The notes: generated from the sequence alone by a model not told the origin. DNA of 64,000 bases from Camelus dromedarius (GCF_036321535.1 NC_087436.1:96288001-96352000), one strand, 5' to 3'. Counted from the stretch's first letter, positions 12,248 to 25,629 are shown. Numbers and translations: made by a program.

Positions 12248-13399
12248 CTGGGGACCAAAGGATGAGGCAGTGTTAATTCACCTGGTGGCAAATTCAATTT
12301 ACCTGTAGGCTTTACTCGTATTCACAATATTAAGTTAACGTGACTTTAACCTTTCTCTTTGCAGTATGTTTCCCCTTAGAGAAGGAAAATGATATTTTAA
12401 GATCAGTTTAAAAAGGTATTCTTTTTAATCCCAGGATGGTTTGGGTATGAACGTTATAATCAGAAACAAAAGAAGAAATTATACTGTTGACATGGGCCCA
12501 GGGAAAACAAAATATTAAATGTCAGAGGCTTTGCAATGCAGGTGTTCATTACATTGAAACAGTAGCAGGGTTTCAGAAGTTTCAAAGCAGCTGGGATATG
12601 ATCACTATGTTATCTGAGACAAGTAACAGTGTCTAATGTTACTGTGTGTCTCAATATGAGAAGGGAAAAACGCAATGGGCATTCACATGTACTGACCCTG
12701 AGTTACACAGTGACATTTCTTTAAAAAAAATTAAAAAGAGAAACCTGTTATCCCACGGGGACATTTTGCTTATATCTTATCTGTAAGCAGCTTGGCTTTC
12801 ATCAATACGTAGCTGAAAAACACGTATGGAAAACCATGAAAGGTATGCTTTCCTGAGAAGTGAGGATAATGGGATCCTCTGTCTCCTCACTTCAAAGGCG
12901 ACGAGCGAAGATTGAGAGAGTCTGTAAAAACTTTTACAAGTACACTCTGAAAAATTTGCTATGGAGAGCAGTTTCATTCCCTTTACTCAACTGCTATCTG
13001 CATAAGGTAAATGTTCCTAATTGTAGCTTTGAAGATGTCTTCTTTTCCTTTCCTGTTTCTCACAAGCAGAAAAAAGAACCACCCCTAAACCCCCTTGCTG
13101 GCTGTTTGTATGGGTCCTCCACTGCCTGTGCCCTAAGTACTCCGTGTATTTGGCCAATGCCCCGCACAAGAGTGTCTGGACAAGATTTTTGTCTATCTGC
13201 ATTTTTAGATGGCTGATAGAAATATAACAGCTTCTTTAAAAAAACCATTCCCATGACTCAGTCCATGAATTTCATAACATATGAAACTATCAGGACTGAT
13301 TTTGAGGTTCGTCCCTTTAGTCTAACTTACAAAGTTTAATCACAATATTAAAAGAGAGGGACATCAGATTATAATTTCACTTTCGAATATGAGAGCCCT

Positions 13400-13551
13400 T
13401 AGCTGGAGTTATTTAAAACTAAATATAAATTAATTAAAATTAAAATTTTAGTTGAAGTGCTCAACAGTGCTCACTGGTTACTGACTCCCATATTGGAAAG
13501 TACAGAAATAGAATACTTCACAATCACAGAAAGTTTAATTGGACAGAACTG
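13400..13551 (+). mobile_element. MER3/MER33-like hAT-Charlie MITE fragment
   Basis: Contains AAGTGCTCAACAG..CCATATTGG and ends ATCACAGAAAGTTTAATTGGACAGAACTG, resembling the MER3 terminus. Confidence 0.6.
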
Positions 13552-13739
13552 TGAATTACTGAGCCTCATATACTGAAATAACTAGAAAAAGACATTTTTG
13601 GCCATCTGCCAATAAATTGTCATAATAACAACTGCAATGTGAATGGCAACCCTTAGTTGTGCCATGCACAAACAACCATACACAGAACTTGGTCCCCCTC
13701 CTTTTGGCTGACACTATAATATCTGAAGAAAGGTATAGA

Positions 13740-16700
13740 ATGAATGAAAAACAAATGGTAAATATGATAGTTAATATCACAAAAGCTATAAATATATACC
13801 TGCTATTCCTCTCACATCTTAAGTGACAAAGTTATATAAAGTAATAATTATGTCTTTGGATTTGTAATTAGATGTTGCATATTTAACAATAGCACAAAAA
13901 GGGAGAAAAAGTAATAGAGCTATATGGGAGTATTCTTTCTATAGCTCACTGGAATTAACAGAATCTACTTATGATGTATACTAACTTAAGATGTAGATGC
14001 CTTAAAATAACTACAAAGAAACTAACTCAAAAATATAGTGAAAAAATCATTATACAAATTAAAATGTTACGACAGAAAATATTTACTTAATATAAAGCAA
14101 GAAAGTACAAGAGGAATAGAGAAACATAAAGGACATGAGACAGAGGGAAAAAAAGTAAAATGGCAGATGTAAATCCACTACGTCAATAGTACCATTTAGT
14201 GTGAATGGTTTAAATAATCCAAAGGCAGAGATTATCAGACTGGATAAAAACAAGATTCAACTATGTGCTTCTACAGGAGACACATTTTCGATTCAAATAG
14301 GTTAAAAGGATGGAAAAAGATTTATTATGCAAACAGCAACCATAAGAAAACTCATGTGGCTATACTACCAGACAAAAGAAATTTTAAAACAATATAATTA
14401 GAGATGAAGAAGGATATTTTATCATGATAAAAAGGTCAATCTATCAAGAAGATGTAACAATTATAAATGTATATGCTATGAACAATAAAGCCTTAAAATA
14501 CATGAAGCACAAACTGACAAGAAATTGATAATTCAACTATAATAGTTGGAGACTGAAATATCTCATTCAATAGTGGGAACAACTAGGAAGAAGATGAACA
14601 AAAACCTAGAAAACTGTAGCGATACTATAAGCCAACTAGCTCTAACATGTCTATAGGATAATCTACCCAACAACATTCTTCTCAACACATCACAACTTAT
14701 GGGATGTAGGTAAATAGTTTTTAGAGGGAATTTAGAGCTGTAAAAGCCTATATTAAAAATGAAGAAAGAGTTCAGTAATTTGAGGCAACAGGGAAAGGAG
14801 AACAATTCAGAGCAAGCAGAAGGAAGGAAATACTATACTACAATGGAAATTAATGAAACAGAGTATCAATGAAACCAAAAGTTGGTTCTTTGAAGAGATC
14901 AACAAAATGAAAAACAGAAAAAAAGAGTCAATTTCCTAGAATCAAAGGTGAATGAGAGGCCATTATTACTGAATTTACAGAAATAAAAGGATTATTAGAG
15001 AATACTATGGCCAACTGTATGCTAATGAGTTAGATTACTTAGATGAAATAAAAAAATTCCTAGAGAGATAAGTTAAATAAATTGACTCAAGACAAAATAG
15101 AAAATGTGAAGACATTTTTAATAAGTTGAGAGACTAAATCGTAACACAGAAAGAAAAGCCTAGGGCCAGATGGATGCACTGGTGAATTCTACCAAATATT
15201 TAAAAAAGAATTAATACCAATTATCTAGTCTTCAAAAATTATAAGAGAATACCTCCCAAATTTATGAGACCAGTGTGATCCTGGTACCAAAGCCAGACAA
15301 AAGTATCAAGAAAAATACAAAGTATTATCTCTTATGAAAATAAACATTCTCAATAAAAATACCAAAACCCCTAACACAGCAGCATATTAAAAGGATTATA
15401 CAACACAGCTGAGAAGGATGAATCCCAGGAAGGCAGTATTGGTTTAGCATCAGAAAATCCAGTAATGGAGGACACTATGTATTAATAAAGGGCAGAAGCC
15501 TCATGGGCAATCTCAACAGACATGGAAATAAACACCTGACAAAATCCAACACCCCTTCATGATAAAAAAAACAAAACAAAACAAAACAACTGAACAAACC
15601 AGGAATAGAAATTAACTTTCTCAACTTGAATGAAAGTCATGGATGAAAAAACTACATCTAACACCATACTTAAGACAAAGCTTTCCTCCTAAGATTAGGA
15701 GCAAGAGAAAGATATCCACCTTCATCATCTTTATTCAACACCATACTGGAGATTCCAGCCAGGGCAACTTGGCAAGAAAAAGAAATAAAATGCATGGATA
15801 TAGGAAAGGAAGAAGTAGATCTACCTTTATTCATAGATGACATAATCTTGAATATTGAATACCCTAAAGAAACCACTAAACTGTTGGAACCAATGAGTAG
15901 TGCAAGGTTTTAGGATACAAGATCAATATATAAAACCCAATTGTTCTATGTGCTAGCGGTGAGCAATCTAAGATTGTAAAAGTCCATTTTAAAAAGCATC
16001 AGAAAGAATAAAAAGCTTAGGGATAAATTTAACAAAGGAAATGCAAAATTTATACTCTGAAAATTACTAAATATCATTGAAAGACATCCCATATAAATGG
16101 ATTAGGAGACTAAATATTGTTAAGATAGCAATACTCCCCAAATTAATCTACAGATTCAATGCAATCAGTATAAAACTCCCAGCTGGCTTATTTACAGAAA
16201 GCTGCTCCTAAAATTCATACGGAAATTCAAGAGATCCAGAATAGCCAAAACAATCTTGTAAAAGGAGAACAAAGTTGGAGGACTCACACTTCCAGGTTTC
16301 AAACCTATTATAAAGCTGCAATAATTAAGACAGTGTGATACTGGCATTAAGTATACTCAATGGAATATAACTGAAAACCCTTAAATAAGTTCTCACATTT
16401 ATGGTCAACTGATTCCAAGAAGGGTGCCAAAATAATTCAATGAAGAATGAACAAATAGTATTGAGGCAACTGGACATCTACATGCAAAAGAACAAAGTTT
16501 AATCCTTTACCACATGTCATATATAAAAAGTAGAAATAGATCATAGACATAAATTAAGAGTTAAAACTATAGTTTTATAGAAAACATCTTTGTGACTTTG
16601 AATTTGACAATGGTTTCTTAGATATTACAGGAAAGAAAAAGTAACCCCCCCCAAAAAAGATAAATTGGACTTCTTCAAATTAAAAAAGTTTATGCTTCAA

Positions 16701-17630
16701 AAGACACTGTCAAGTAAGGGAAGAGAGCACCCTCAGAATGGAAGAAAATATTTGCAAATCATATTTGACAATATATTTGTATCTAGGATACATAAGAAAC
16801 TCCCACAACAAAATAAGACAACCCAATTAAAAATGGACAAAAGAAGTGAGTAACCATTTCTTCACAGAATATGTACAGATTGCCAATAGACACATGAAAA
16901 GATAGTATCATTAGTCATCAGGGGATTGCAAATCAAAACTACAATGAAATTAACACTTCACACCCACTAGGATGGCTATAATCAAAAAGACCACAAGAAG
17001 TGTTCATAAGGATGTGGAGAAACTGGAAACTTCATACACTGCTGGAGAGAATATAAAATAGTATGGCAGTTACTCCATGATCCAGCAATTCTCCTAGGTA
17101 TACACCCAAGAGAGATGAAAACCTATGTCTAGACAAAAACTTGTACATGAATGTTATAACAGCATTCATTACTCATAATAGCCCAAAAGTGGAAAGAATA
17201 CAAGTGTTCATCAAGTGATCAATGGATACATAAAATGTGGTATACAGCCACCCAATGGAGTAGTTTCTGGCAATAAAAAGTAATGAAGTACTGATACATA
17301 ATATAACATGGCTAAGCCTTGAAAACAGTATCCTAGGTGAAAGAAGCTGGTTACAAAAGACCACCGGTTGTATGATTCCATGTATATGAAATGTCTACAT
17401 TAGGCAAATCTACAGAGTCAAAAAGTAGATGAATGGTTGGCTAGGGCTGGGAGAGAGCAGAATAGGACAATTAGGGAGTGACAGCCAAAGGGGACAGAAT
17501 TTCTTTTTTGGGTGATGGAAATGTTCTAAAATTGACTTTGTAATGCTTATACAACTGTGAATACACTAAAAACCACTGAACTGTACACTTTAAATGGGCA
17601 AGTTTTATGATATGTGAACTGAATTATAAC
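13740..17630 (+). mobile_element. Decayed LINE-1 (L1MB-like): ORF2 with internal deletions plus 3'UTR
   Basis: Endonuclease relics near 14150-14560 (ATGATAAAAAGGTCAATCTATCAAGAAGAT, ATAGTTGGAGAC) and RT-region relics (GAATTCTACCAAATATTTAA, TTATTCATAGATGACATAATC). C-terminal ORF2 motifs are followed by an L1MB-type 3'UTR (GATGGAAATGTTCTAAAATTG...AAAACCACTGAACTGTACACTTTAAATGGG). Confidence 0.92.
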
Positions 17631-20059
17631 TCAATGACACTTTGCACATCTAGCTTGTACTGTGATTTTCTACAGGTCTTACATCTCCTCACAGAATTGA
17701 CTGCAAGAACAGAATATGTTTAAGTCAAGCACCTAGTATACTAAGAGCTAAGCACTAAGATCTAACTAAACATATGTGGACCGAATGACCAGGGTAAAAG
17801 TCAAAACAAGGCTTTCATTTATATTTTTAAACAGAAGCCTAAGCGTCACATGATCTATTTGCCACCTATGGGAGTCTTTTATAATAGTCCATGCATCTGT
17901 CATTTCCTTAAAGTTTGGCCACCACTTGCCTTCATCCAGGCCTTTATAACCCATGTCGCCTTGCTTTAGTAGCTTTGTTTAAATATTCTCTTACTTCCAG
18001 CTTTTCTCCCTTATATTGTTCCTTCTCAAATGTCTTTATGAGCGGAAAATGATGAAAAATAAAATCAAGCAACTGTGAAGATAAAGATGAAATAAATAGA
18101 TGAAACATCTCACTTATGCAACACAAAACGCCATTACGGGCAAATAGATGCCTCTGTCCACATGATCAATAACTGGCAAGAAGCAGTTGGAACCCAAAGT
18201 GCTCAACGAGACAAGATTTATTACGTACTTTAAAAAATTAAGCTTAAGCTTTTGGCCTAATGTCCAGGCACTGCAGACACTGGAATCTAATTTACTATTT
18301 ATTGGAATACTACCTTGTTGACAGCACATCTTCTGTGCCTTTACTTATTTCATCATTAAGTATAAAAGCTCAGGAAAGTAATTTGATTTGATCTTTTTTC
18401 GCTTAAAACCATCCAACTTGTTTAAAAATATTCTTAGGGAAGCAAATTTATCATGCTTATTAAAAGGTGCTGAATTGGTCTGAAAACAAAAAGCCAGCAA
18501 TTAAATGCCCTAACAAATTTTGCCGCTTGAAATTAGACATAATCATTGAAATACCAAGATTCCTGAACAATCAGTAAAGCAACCTGTAAGAAACAAATAA
18601 TAACCTTACCCTTTACCAAAACAAAACAAAAAGGTCAAATTTCAGTTCATAATGGCCTTTCCTTTCTTCAGAGTCTTCGAATTTAAATATTTTCCAAAAC
18701 ATTTTCCTTCTCAATTTTCCTATGCCACGTGACACTAACTGAATGCAAAACAAAAATGTAACTGCAGAGACAATATGTCTGATTTTGTTTTCAAACAAAC
18801 ACACTATTGAAACGAAGGCTGTTCAAGTTATTAGGATGGGAGGCTACGCACTCATTCCAATGATTCTGCTGTTGCTCCGGACACTTCCTCTGTAGGAATT
18901 ACCTCATTTTGTGTTGAAAAAACTCTCATCACTTTATAGTTGGGAGTTTGTTTTTATTAAAATGACATTTCTTTAACCTCCCTGGCCTTTATGTTTGTAA
19001 GATATGGCTTTGAAAAGACCTTTAACTCTTTGAAAAAAATCACAATCTATTCTTACATCTGACACCACTGAAAATATTCAGAAGAACACAAAGCAGGCCC
19101 AGAAAGCTCTGAACAGGACATTATTGTGCTATGGACGTAACTTTCAAGGTCAACACAGAAGTGAAGACAGCACTCATTCAACTGTATTTTAGTAGTTGCG
19201 TCCTGTTACCAGAATGCTCATCTCAGGAGAAAGTAAGCAGGGAGGAGTCTTAAACCTCAGCCTAGGTCAGATATTGTCTACCAGTAGTAAGTTAATACTT
19301 ATAGATCTGTCAATTCTTGCTCTAGTTAGAATGACTGTCCCCAGATGCATGGGGTGCAAGGAAAAAAAAAAAAAACTCCTTTTGAGGTCCACACCATGCA
19401 CGGCAACACTTTTACTAGAACAACGGCAAACACTGACGACTTTAGGTCACCAGCAATTTTTCTCTTGGTCCTGACAAATCTGACTAGGCTGTATGGCAGC
19501 ATGACTAAGATAGACATTTCTGGGAAAATCAGGTCCTAAATCGAGCCCAGGCAGAACTGGCTGGTCCTAGTGTCACACACGATCACCAGAAAGAAAGAGG
19601 ATCCAACGGTATGAGGTAGGATGAGGCTTCATCCAAAGCCTCAAAAAGACGACTAACAGCTCAGACCTGAAGCCTCTGTGTCCTGGATATTCAGCTGCTG
19701 GACAGCCCTAACAGTCACAGTGTGATGGTAAGGAAGAACTAAGCCCTTCACAAAGGCAGGCCTCTGACTATCAAGGCTGAATGAACTTGGGGACGGAGAG
19801 AAGGTACCAGGAGTTGTTAGAGGCAGAGAAGCTGCAAGCCAGGCGCCACTGAGCATCTGTGTTGAGTCTGTGCTGGAGTCTTAGCTCGCCGCATAAAGGA
19901 ACAGGACCCAGGTGCAACTGGATACCAACTTCCTTCGGGGCAGGACACCTGGCCACAAACAAACAGTGCGCCTGAGTGAAAAACCCCAAGCTGGCTCTGT
20001 TCCTGTCGGTGGGATTTCAGCAACCACCATATGGGAGGGAGCCTGAGTGTACGTGTGCC

Positions 20060-21285
20060 TGTATCCCTCGGGGGCTTCCCTAATTAGCCCCTTGCTTCCG
20101 TACTTGCTCCTTCTAATCCGTTCACTACACTGCAGGCAGCGGGGTCTTTTTAAGATGCAAATCTGATCGCCATAGCTAAGATTTCCTTTCATTCTTCCAG
20201 ACACTATACAGAGTAACTTATTTACTCCTTAAACTTAGGACTAGACAGAAATATTATACCTGTTTTAAAAATGAGAAAGTTGAGGCTTAGAGAAGCAACT
20301 TGCTTGGAATCACACAGGTAGTAGCAAGTAGTAGAGGCTGTTCACATTATTTCACAGCGCTTCTCGTCACCTTGACGACAGTGCCTAGAAGCTATGACCT
20401 AATTTGTGAGATCCTCCACCACCTAGTCCCCGCCCAGCTCTCCAAACTCATCTGATGCCATGTTCTCCCTCATGGGTCAGGTTCTGGCTGTACACATACT
20501 CCTCAAATACGTGCGTGTGTAACGTGTGTATGTGTGAGTCTGTATATTTACATGCATACATTACACTTATACTTACATTCCTATACCTATCTCTATCAGT
20601 TTTTGTGAATGTATGAATATAGGCTTTTTGGTACAGTAGTTCAGAGCACTACACTGCAGGCAGCGGGGTCTTTTTAAGATGCAAATCTGATCGCCATAGC
20701 TGGGATCTGGGACAAACTGCTTTAGTTCAAATTCTGACTCTGCCATTTATTAGCTGTGGGATCTCTTGCAATTATTTACTTCTATATTTCTGAGTGTCCT
20801 TATTGAATGAAATGTGGAAGATAGAATTTACCTCCTTGGCTCACAGCAACGACTAAGCACGTTCATGTACACATTGTGCTGAGAGTAAGTGCCTGGCAGG
20901 CAGTGAGTACTACATAATGTTAAAGTTCCTTCCCCAAATTTGCTTATGAATGTTCCTTCTGACTGAAATATTCTTTTTAACCTGGCCATCTCCATCGACC
21001 CATTCTTCAGCGTTCAGCACAGACATCAGGTCCTCAGCGGCCCTTTCTGACGCCTCTAGGTTTAATGACGCATCCTCACCCCCGCATTATGCACATCCAG
21101 AGCTCCCTGAATTTCCTCCGCAGCAAGCATCACCCTGGCCCCTGTGGATGACTACATTCTCTGTGAGACTAGACTCCATGAGGGCAGGGACTGTTTTCAA
21201 CACTATGGCATTCACTGCACCCTCAACTCAGCCTGACGTAGAGCAGAGGCTCAATAAATGTATGTGAATAAATGAATGATGCCCA
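20060..21285 (+). mobile_element. Fragmented L2 interrupted by two MIRs (about 20230-20340 on minus; about 20628-20920 on plus)
   Basis: L2 motifs CACTGCAG..GTCTTTTTAAGATGCAAATCTGATC and the tail GACTCCATGAGGGCAGGGACTG...CTCAATAAATGTATGTGAATAAATGAATGA. MIR motif TTCAAATTCTGACTCTGCCATTTATTAGCTGTG. Confidence 0.7.
20123..20701 (+). repeat. Perfect 55-bp dispersed direct repeat (20123-20177 and 20647-20701)
   Basis: CACTACACTGCAGGCAGCGGGGTCTTTTTAAGATGCAAATCTGATCGCCATAGCT is read identically at both positions. Confidence 0.95.
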
Positions 21286-21493
21286 TGGGAGCAAGCACCT
21301 TAATCTACCCTGGGGATTTGGGTAGACATCGGTGAGGAAGCAAGACAGAAGCCTGGACGTGAAGGATACATGCATAGGAGACTGTTCTTCAGAGAGGGTA
21401 AGAGGCCCTTCTAGACAGAACAGCACTGCAAAGACGCAGGGGACCCGGCCTGCCCACACCAAGCCGATCCACTCACAGCATCATCATTTTGGG

Positions 21494-21535
21494 AGCTGGA
21501 AGGAAACAAGATCAGCTGGAAGGAAACAAGATCAG
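21494..21535 (+). repeat. Perfect tandem duplication of a 20-bp unit (about 2.1 copies)
   Basis: AGCTGGAAGGAAACAAGATC twice, then AG. Confidence 0.9.
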
Positions 21536-23317
21536 GTTGAAGAACCACTTTGCTTTACAAATAAGAGAACTTAGCTTAAGTTACTTTTTCAGTGGTTTAT
21601 AACTAAATATTGACAAAGTGGGCTCTTAAACAAGAGTTCTTTAACTGTGCAGGGACTTGTTAATAAGGTCTCCTCTCCTTCCCATCAGAGACAGAAAATG
21701 AGGATGGAAAGAGCTACCCTGTGTTCGGAACTGGAGAAAGGCTTCATGGTGACTGGACTCCACTGGGACACTTAGAGGTGACCTGCAAATGGGGATCTCT
21801 CATTCTGTTTATTGAGGGACTAATCTTTTTGGTGATTTCTAGAGTTCGGGTAATCAAACAGCCACAATTTAGCAGAATAAATTGTGCTAAATATTCAGCA
21901 AACTCTGGAGTTTCCCACAATGCGACTGCTTTATATAAGATGGCCTATATGCACAAAGGAAAGGAGGACCAGTAATGCTATCTTGGGAAGTCAGGCCCGA
22001 GGATCCCTGAAGAGACATTTCACACTGCAGAAATGTTGAGCCAATATTTACAATTCAACAGGAGCAAGGAAGGTCAATGATGATAGTAGTCCTTTCCTTC
22101 CCTTTTATCTTCTCTATTAATCTTCCTTCCCCCTTTTTATAAACTGGAAGGGAGAAGGATGAGGTAACAGGCTTCTAAGACTTTTACAGAATATCAACTT
22201 GGTAAGCCCTGTCCAGGCTTTGATGGACAGAACTGAAATGCGAAGTGAGCCAGACAAATTGAAGCGCTGGCCTGAGCAGAACGATGTGTGATTCAATGAG
22301 GGGAGATGCACTTCCCTCTAGAAAGCAGCATACATTTGATTAACAGAAAATGGAGAAGGAGTGATTAGTTGACAATGTGGAGAAAGGACCAAGGGCATCA
22401 CAACATGGCCTGTCAATTAGAAAGCCAAGGATGGATTTTGGCAGCTCAGGAGGCAAAATGCATTCCGAGATTCCTGAGCAGGCAGGCAGTTGGGAGAAAA
22501 AAATGTGTACAGAGAAGGAGATTGTGCTCGACAGGACAGAGGGCCGGGGAGGGGAAGCAAGTGAACACAACTGATGGTGAGCCTTCACCGAGAGGCTAAG
22601 TAATCATCTTGTTCAGTAAACATTAGTAAGATCAAGCTAATAAAAGACTCGCATAATTTCACTTGGCCTACGACTTTGATGTGCTTAGAGAACGTAGCTT
22701 CTTTTATCTTGTCCAAAGCTAGTTTGGGTCTCCAGCCTAAGCCTCTGTCCTCTGGTTATCAGGATAAAGTGAGCTTTCAGTTCTAGTCGGCTGAAACCTT
22801 AGTTTGAACTGATGTTTTCGAGGACTTTTTAAAGTGCTTATTCTCTCTTGAATCAAGATGCTGACTCTCTCAAAAGCCTACAGCTCCCCCCTTCCCTTGC
22901 TCCTTTTCCTGAGGTAATGTCTGGGTGCCTCCTATCCTGAAGGGGAAAAGTGGATTTCTAGGGCACAGTCCCCGGGTGACACCCGCTGGTTGGGGGCATC
23001 ATGGCTTGGGCTTGGGGCAGTTGTAACCCATGGACTGGCCTTTCCCTCTCAGCTTGGTCAGAGCCTGGTGTTGCTCTGCAGACAACCCAGGCCACCGTCC
23101 CCTGCTGTGGATGAGAAGTTCCAAACCCTGGGCCCATGCTCCATCCAGTTTTCTCACCCCAGGTCTTTTGTGTGGTCACCTCTCCCTGTGGTGGAGACTA
23201 ACAGTGGCTCTTAACTCAGCATATGGGACACATAGTAACTGAGGGCAGCTTGGGAATTTAAACCTCCTGGTCTCTTGCTGTCCTGGTCATGATGTAGCTG
23301 TGCCCAGGTCTATTGGT

Positions 23318-23331
23318 GGGGGGGGGGGGGG
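23318..23331 (+). repeat. G14 homopolymer
   Basis: Read directly from the sequence. Confidence 0.9.
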
Positions 23332-23844
23332 TGACTGTTGTAAGGTGATCTCTCTTTCCAGAGTCCTAAGTAGAGAGCAGAGGCAAGCTGCCCTCAGTGT
23401 TACCGATCCACCTACCTCCCCTTTCTGAAGCAGAACTCAGAGAAAGGGGATGGCGAGGCAAGTCTAGCAAACTCTGCGCCTCCCTGTCTCCTTCCACCAT
23501 TCTCCTAGAGACCACATCTGGTGGGTCGGTCCTGCTCTCATTAACCAGCTGGGACCTCTTCTCTATATGTTAGATCTCCAGGGGCAGAGTCCTAAGTACT
23601 GGTTGACATACTAAAGAAGGGATTAAAGGAATTTAGAGAAATCTTCTCTCAGGCTAATAGTGTGAACTCCAAGGATTTTGTCTTGCTACATAATCCTTTC
23701 TTGGATGCAAGAGATATTTCTTCACTGTTCTTCCAATTCCCCTTCCATCTGCACCAGACACTAAGGACCCCTCAGACAGACAGATGCCTTGATCCAAAGT
23801 CTTTTACTGTATTGAAAGGCAAAAGAAAAATGCACATGAATAAA

Positions 23845-24030
23845 TGAGTGCCTTCCATGTGCCAGGCATGTTGTGTTATCTCACTGAATTCTCCTAACAA
23901 TCCTGGAAGATGAACACTATCCTATTCATTTCACAGAGGGATCAACTAAGTGTGAAAGAGGTCAAGCAATCTGCCCAAAGTCACAGGACTGGTAATTTGC
24001 AGACCGAGAATTTGAATCCCAGTCTTTCTA
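23845..24030 (-). mobile_element. MIR SINE
   Basis: CATTTCACAGAGGGATCAACTAAG...CTGCCCAAAGTCACAGGACTGGTAA..GAATTTGAATCCCAGTCT matches the antisense MIR core. Confidence 0.7.
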
Positions 24031-24080
24031 ACAGAAAAATGTATGCTGTTTCCAGTATACCCCACACATGACATAATATG

Positions 24081-24263
24081 CTGCATTTTATTGAATCTAG
24101 TATCACCAGTAGTAGGCTGCTCCAATGTTGCACATTCCACTGAAAGAGAAATGCACTGCCAGCCAATTGCACTGGGATGCACCTATTTGTTTGTAAGATG
24201 AATCCTGATTTCTGAGAAGTAAAAATGTCGGAAAACGTGCATCTCAGAATGAATGAAATCTGG
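24081..24263. mobile_element. MER104-like (TcMar-Tc2) MITE
   Basis: Degenerate TIRs CTGCATTTTATTGAATCTAG ... CTCAGAATGAATGAAATCTGG followed by TA. The interior contains TGTAAGATGAATCCTGATTTCTGAGA. Confidence 0.65.
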
Positions 24264-24769
24264 TAAATACTTAAAGAAGATTATTCGAGCAGCTATGTAC
24301 AGTCTGAACCAGAACACAAAAACACCCAAGGTAAGGACAGATTCAAAAATACTGCCACAGTCACTCAGCTATTAAGAAATGGGAGCCTGAGTAAGGACAG
24401 AGACTTGTGAAGTGGAAAGACAAAGTGAATTTCTAAAGAAACACTGTGGCAGGTGAATCAGCGGGAACAGGGCAGTTTGGGTCCAGCTTGTAAAGGGTGA
24501 CGAATGAACTACGCACCAAGATTTTAAAGTCTGGAGCCTGGGAAATAGTAGCAATTGAGTAACTGGGAAAAGCGAAAAGGATGGGTTCCATTTTAGATTA
24601 TTTTAACACTCAAAAAACCAGAATTATCTTCATGTAACTATGGAGAGCAAAGAGCTGGAGATGCTGATATGAGGATCCTCACACACGGGCACCAGCTTGA
24701 GTCAATCACTGGCACTCAGCTCTCATCCCAGTTAGAATGACCTCACTCTGATGCCACCTCCATCTAGAA

Positions 24770-25093
24770 CATCACAGTCCAGCCCAGGAGCCACTGGACA
24801 CATATGGCTGTCAAGTTCCTGAAACGTAGCCAGTCTGAATGGGGATATGTTGTGAGTGTAAAATACGTACTGGACTTTGAAGACTTAATATAAAAAGAAG
24901 ATGTAAAATAACTCATTAATAATTTTTGTATTGATTACATGTTGAAATCACATTTTGGATATAAATGGCTTAAATAAAATAGATTCTTAAAGGATTTCTG
25001 TTTCTTTTTACTTTTTAAAATGTAGTTAGAAAATTTAATTGCAATTATGGCTTGCATCTATGACTTACATTATACTTCTTTTGCACAGTACTG
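24770..25093. mobile_element. MER33 (hAT-Charlie) MITE
   Basis: Characteristic GTGAGTGTAAAATAC..GGACTTTGAAGACTTA...ATTGATTACATGTTGAAAT body. It is flanked by 8-bp nTCTAGAn sites, ATCTAGAA (24762-24769) and GTCTAGAC (25094-25101). Confidence 0.8.
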
Positions 25094-25284
25094 GTCTAGA
25101 CTCTCAGCTTCTGGGTCTTACTCATTTAATGAACAAATTCATTTTAATCAACCAATATTTATTATGTATATAATGTGAACCAGGTACTCTAAAAAAGACT
25201 AGTGATATATAGATTATAAATAATATGATTTCTGACCTCTATAAGCTCCTAGTTCCTGGGGAAAGGACATTTTAAAAGTAACTA

Positions 25285-25625
25285 AACAGAGACAGACTCA
25301 TAGACATAGAAAACAAACTTATGGTTACCATGGGGGAAAGGGGGTGGGAAGGAATAAATTGGGAATTCAAGATGTGTAGATACTAACTACTATATATAAA
25401 ATAGATAAACAACAATTTTCCACTGTATAGCACAGGGAACTACATTCAATATCTTGTAATAACCTATAATGGAAAAGAATCAAAAAAGGAATAAATATAT
25501 ATACACGTATATACACACATATATGCATATATATATATATATACAGATATATGTATACATAAAACCAAATCACTATGCTGTACACCTGAAACAATATTGC
25601 AAATCAACTATATGCCAATAAAAAA
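25285..25625 (+). mobile_element. 5'-truncated L1 3'UTR (cetartiodactyl type) inserted in an antisense L2
   Basis: ACAGACTCATAGACATAGAAAACAAACTTATGGTTACC...CTGTATAGCACAGGGAACTACATTCAATATCTTG..., then a TA-rich tract and AATAAAAAA. Confidence 0.88.
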
Positions 25626-25629
25626 CAAG

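Noticed and set aside
12277..12292. CTCF-like motif TCACCTGGTGGCAA near the exon acceptor
   Set aside because: It has several mismatches to the core and is expected by chance.
19690..19708. RE1/REST-like motif TTCAGCTGCTGGACAGCCC
   Set aside because: The left half lacks CACC and the half-site spacing is non-canonical.
19560..23600. Possible ancient LTR fragments at about 19560-20030 and 22050-23600
   Set aside because: The composition is suggestive, but I could not identify termini, TSDs or a family by eye.
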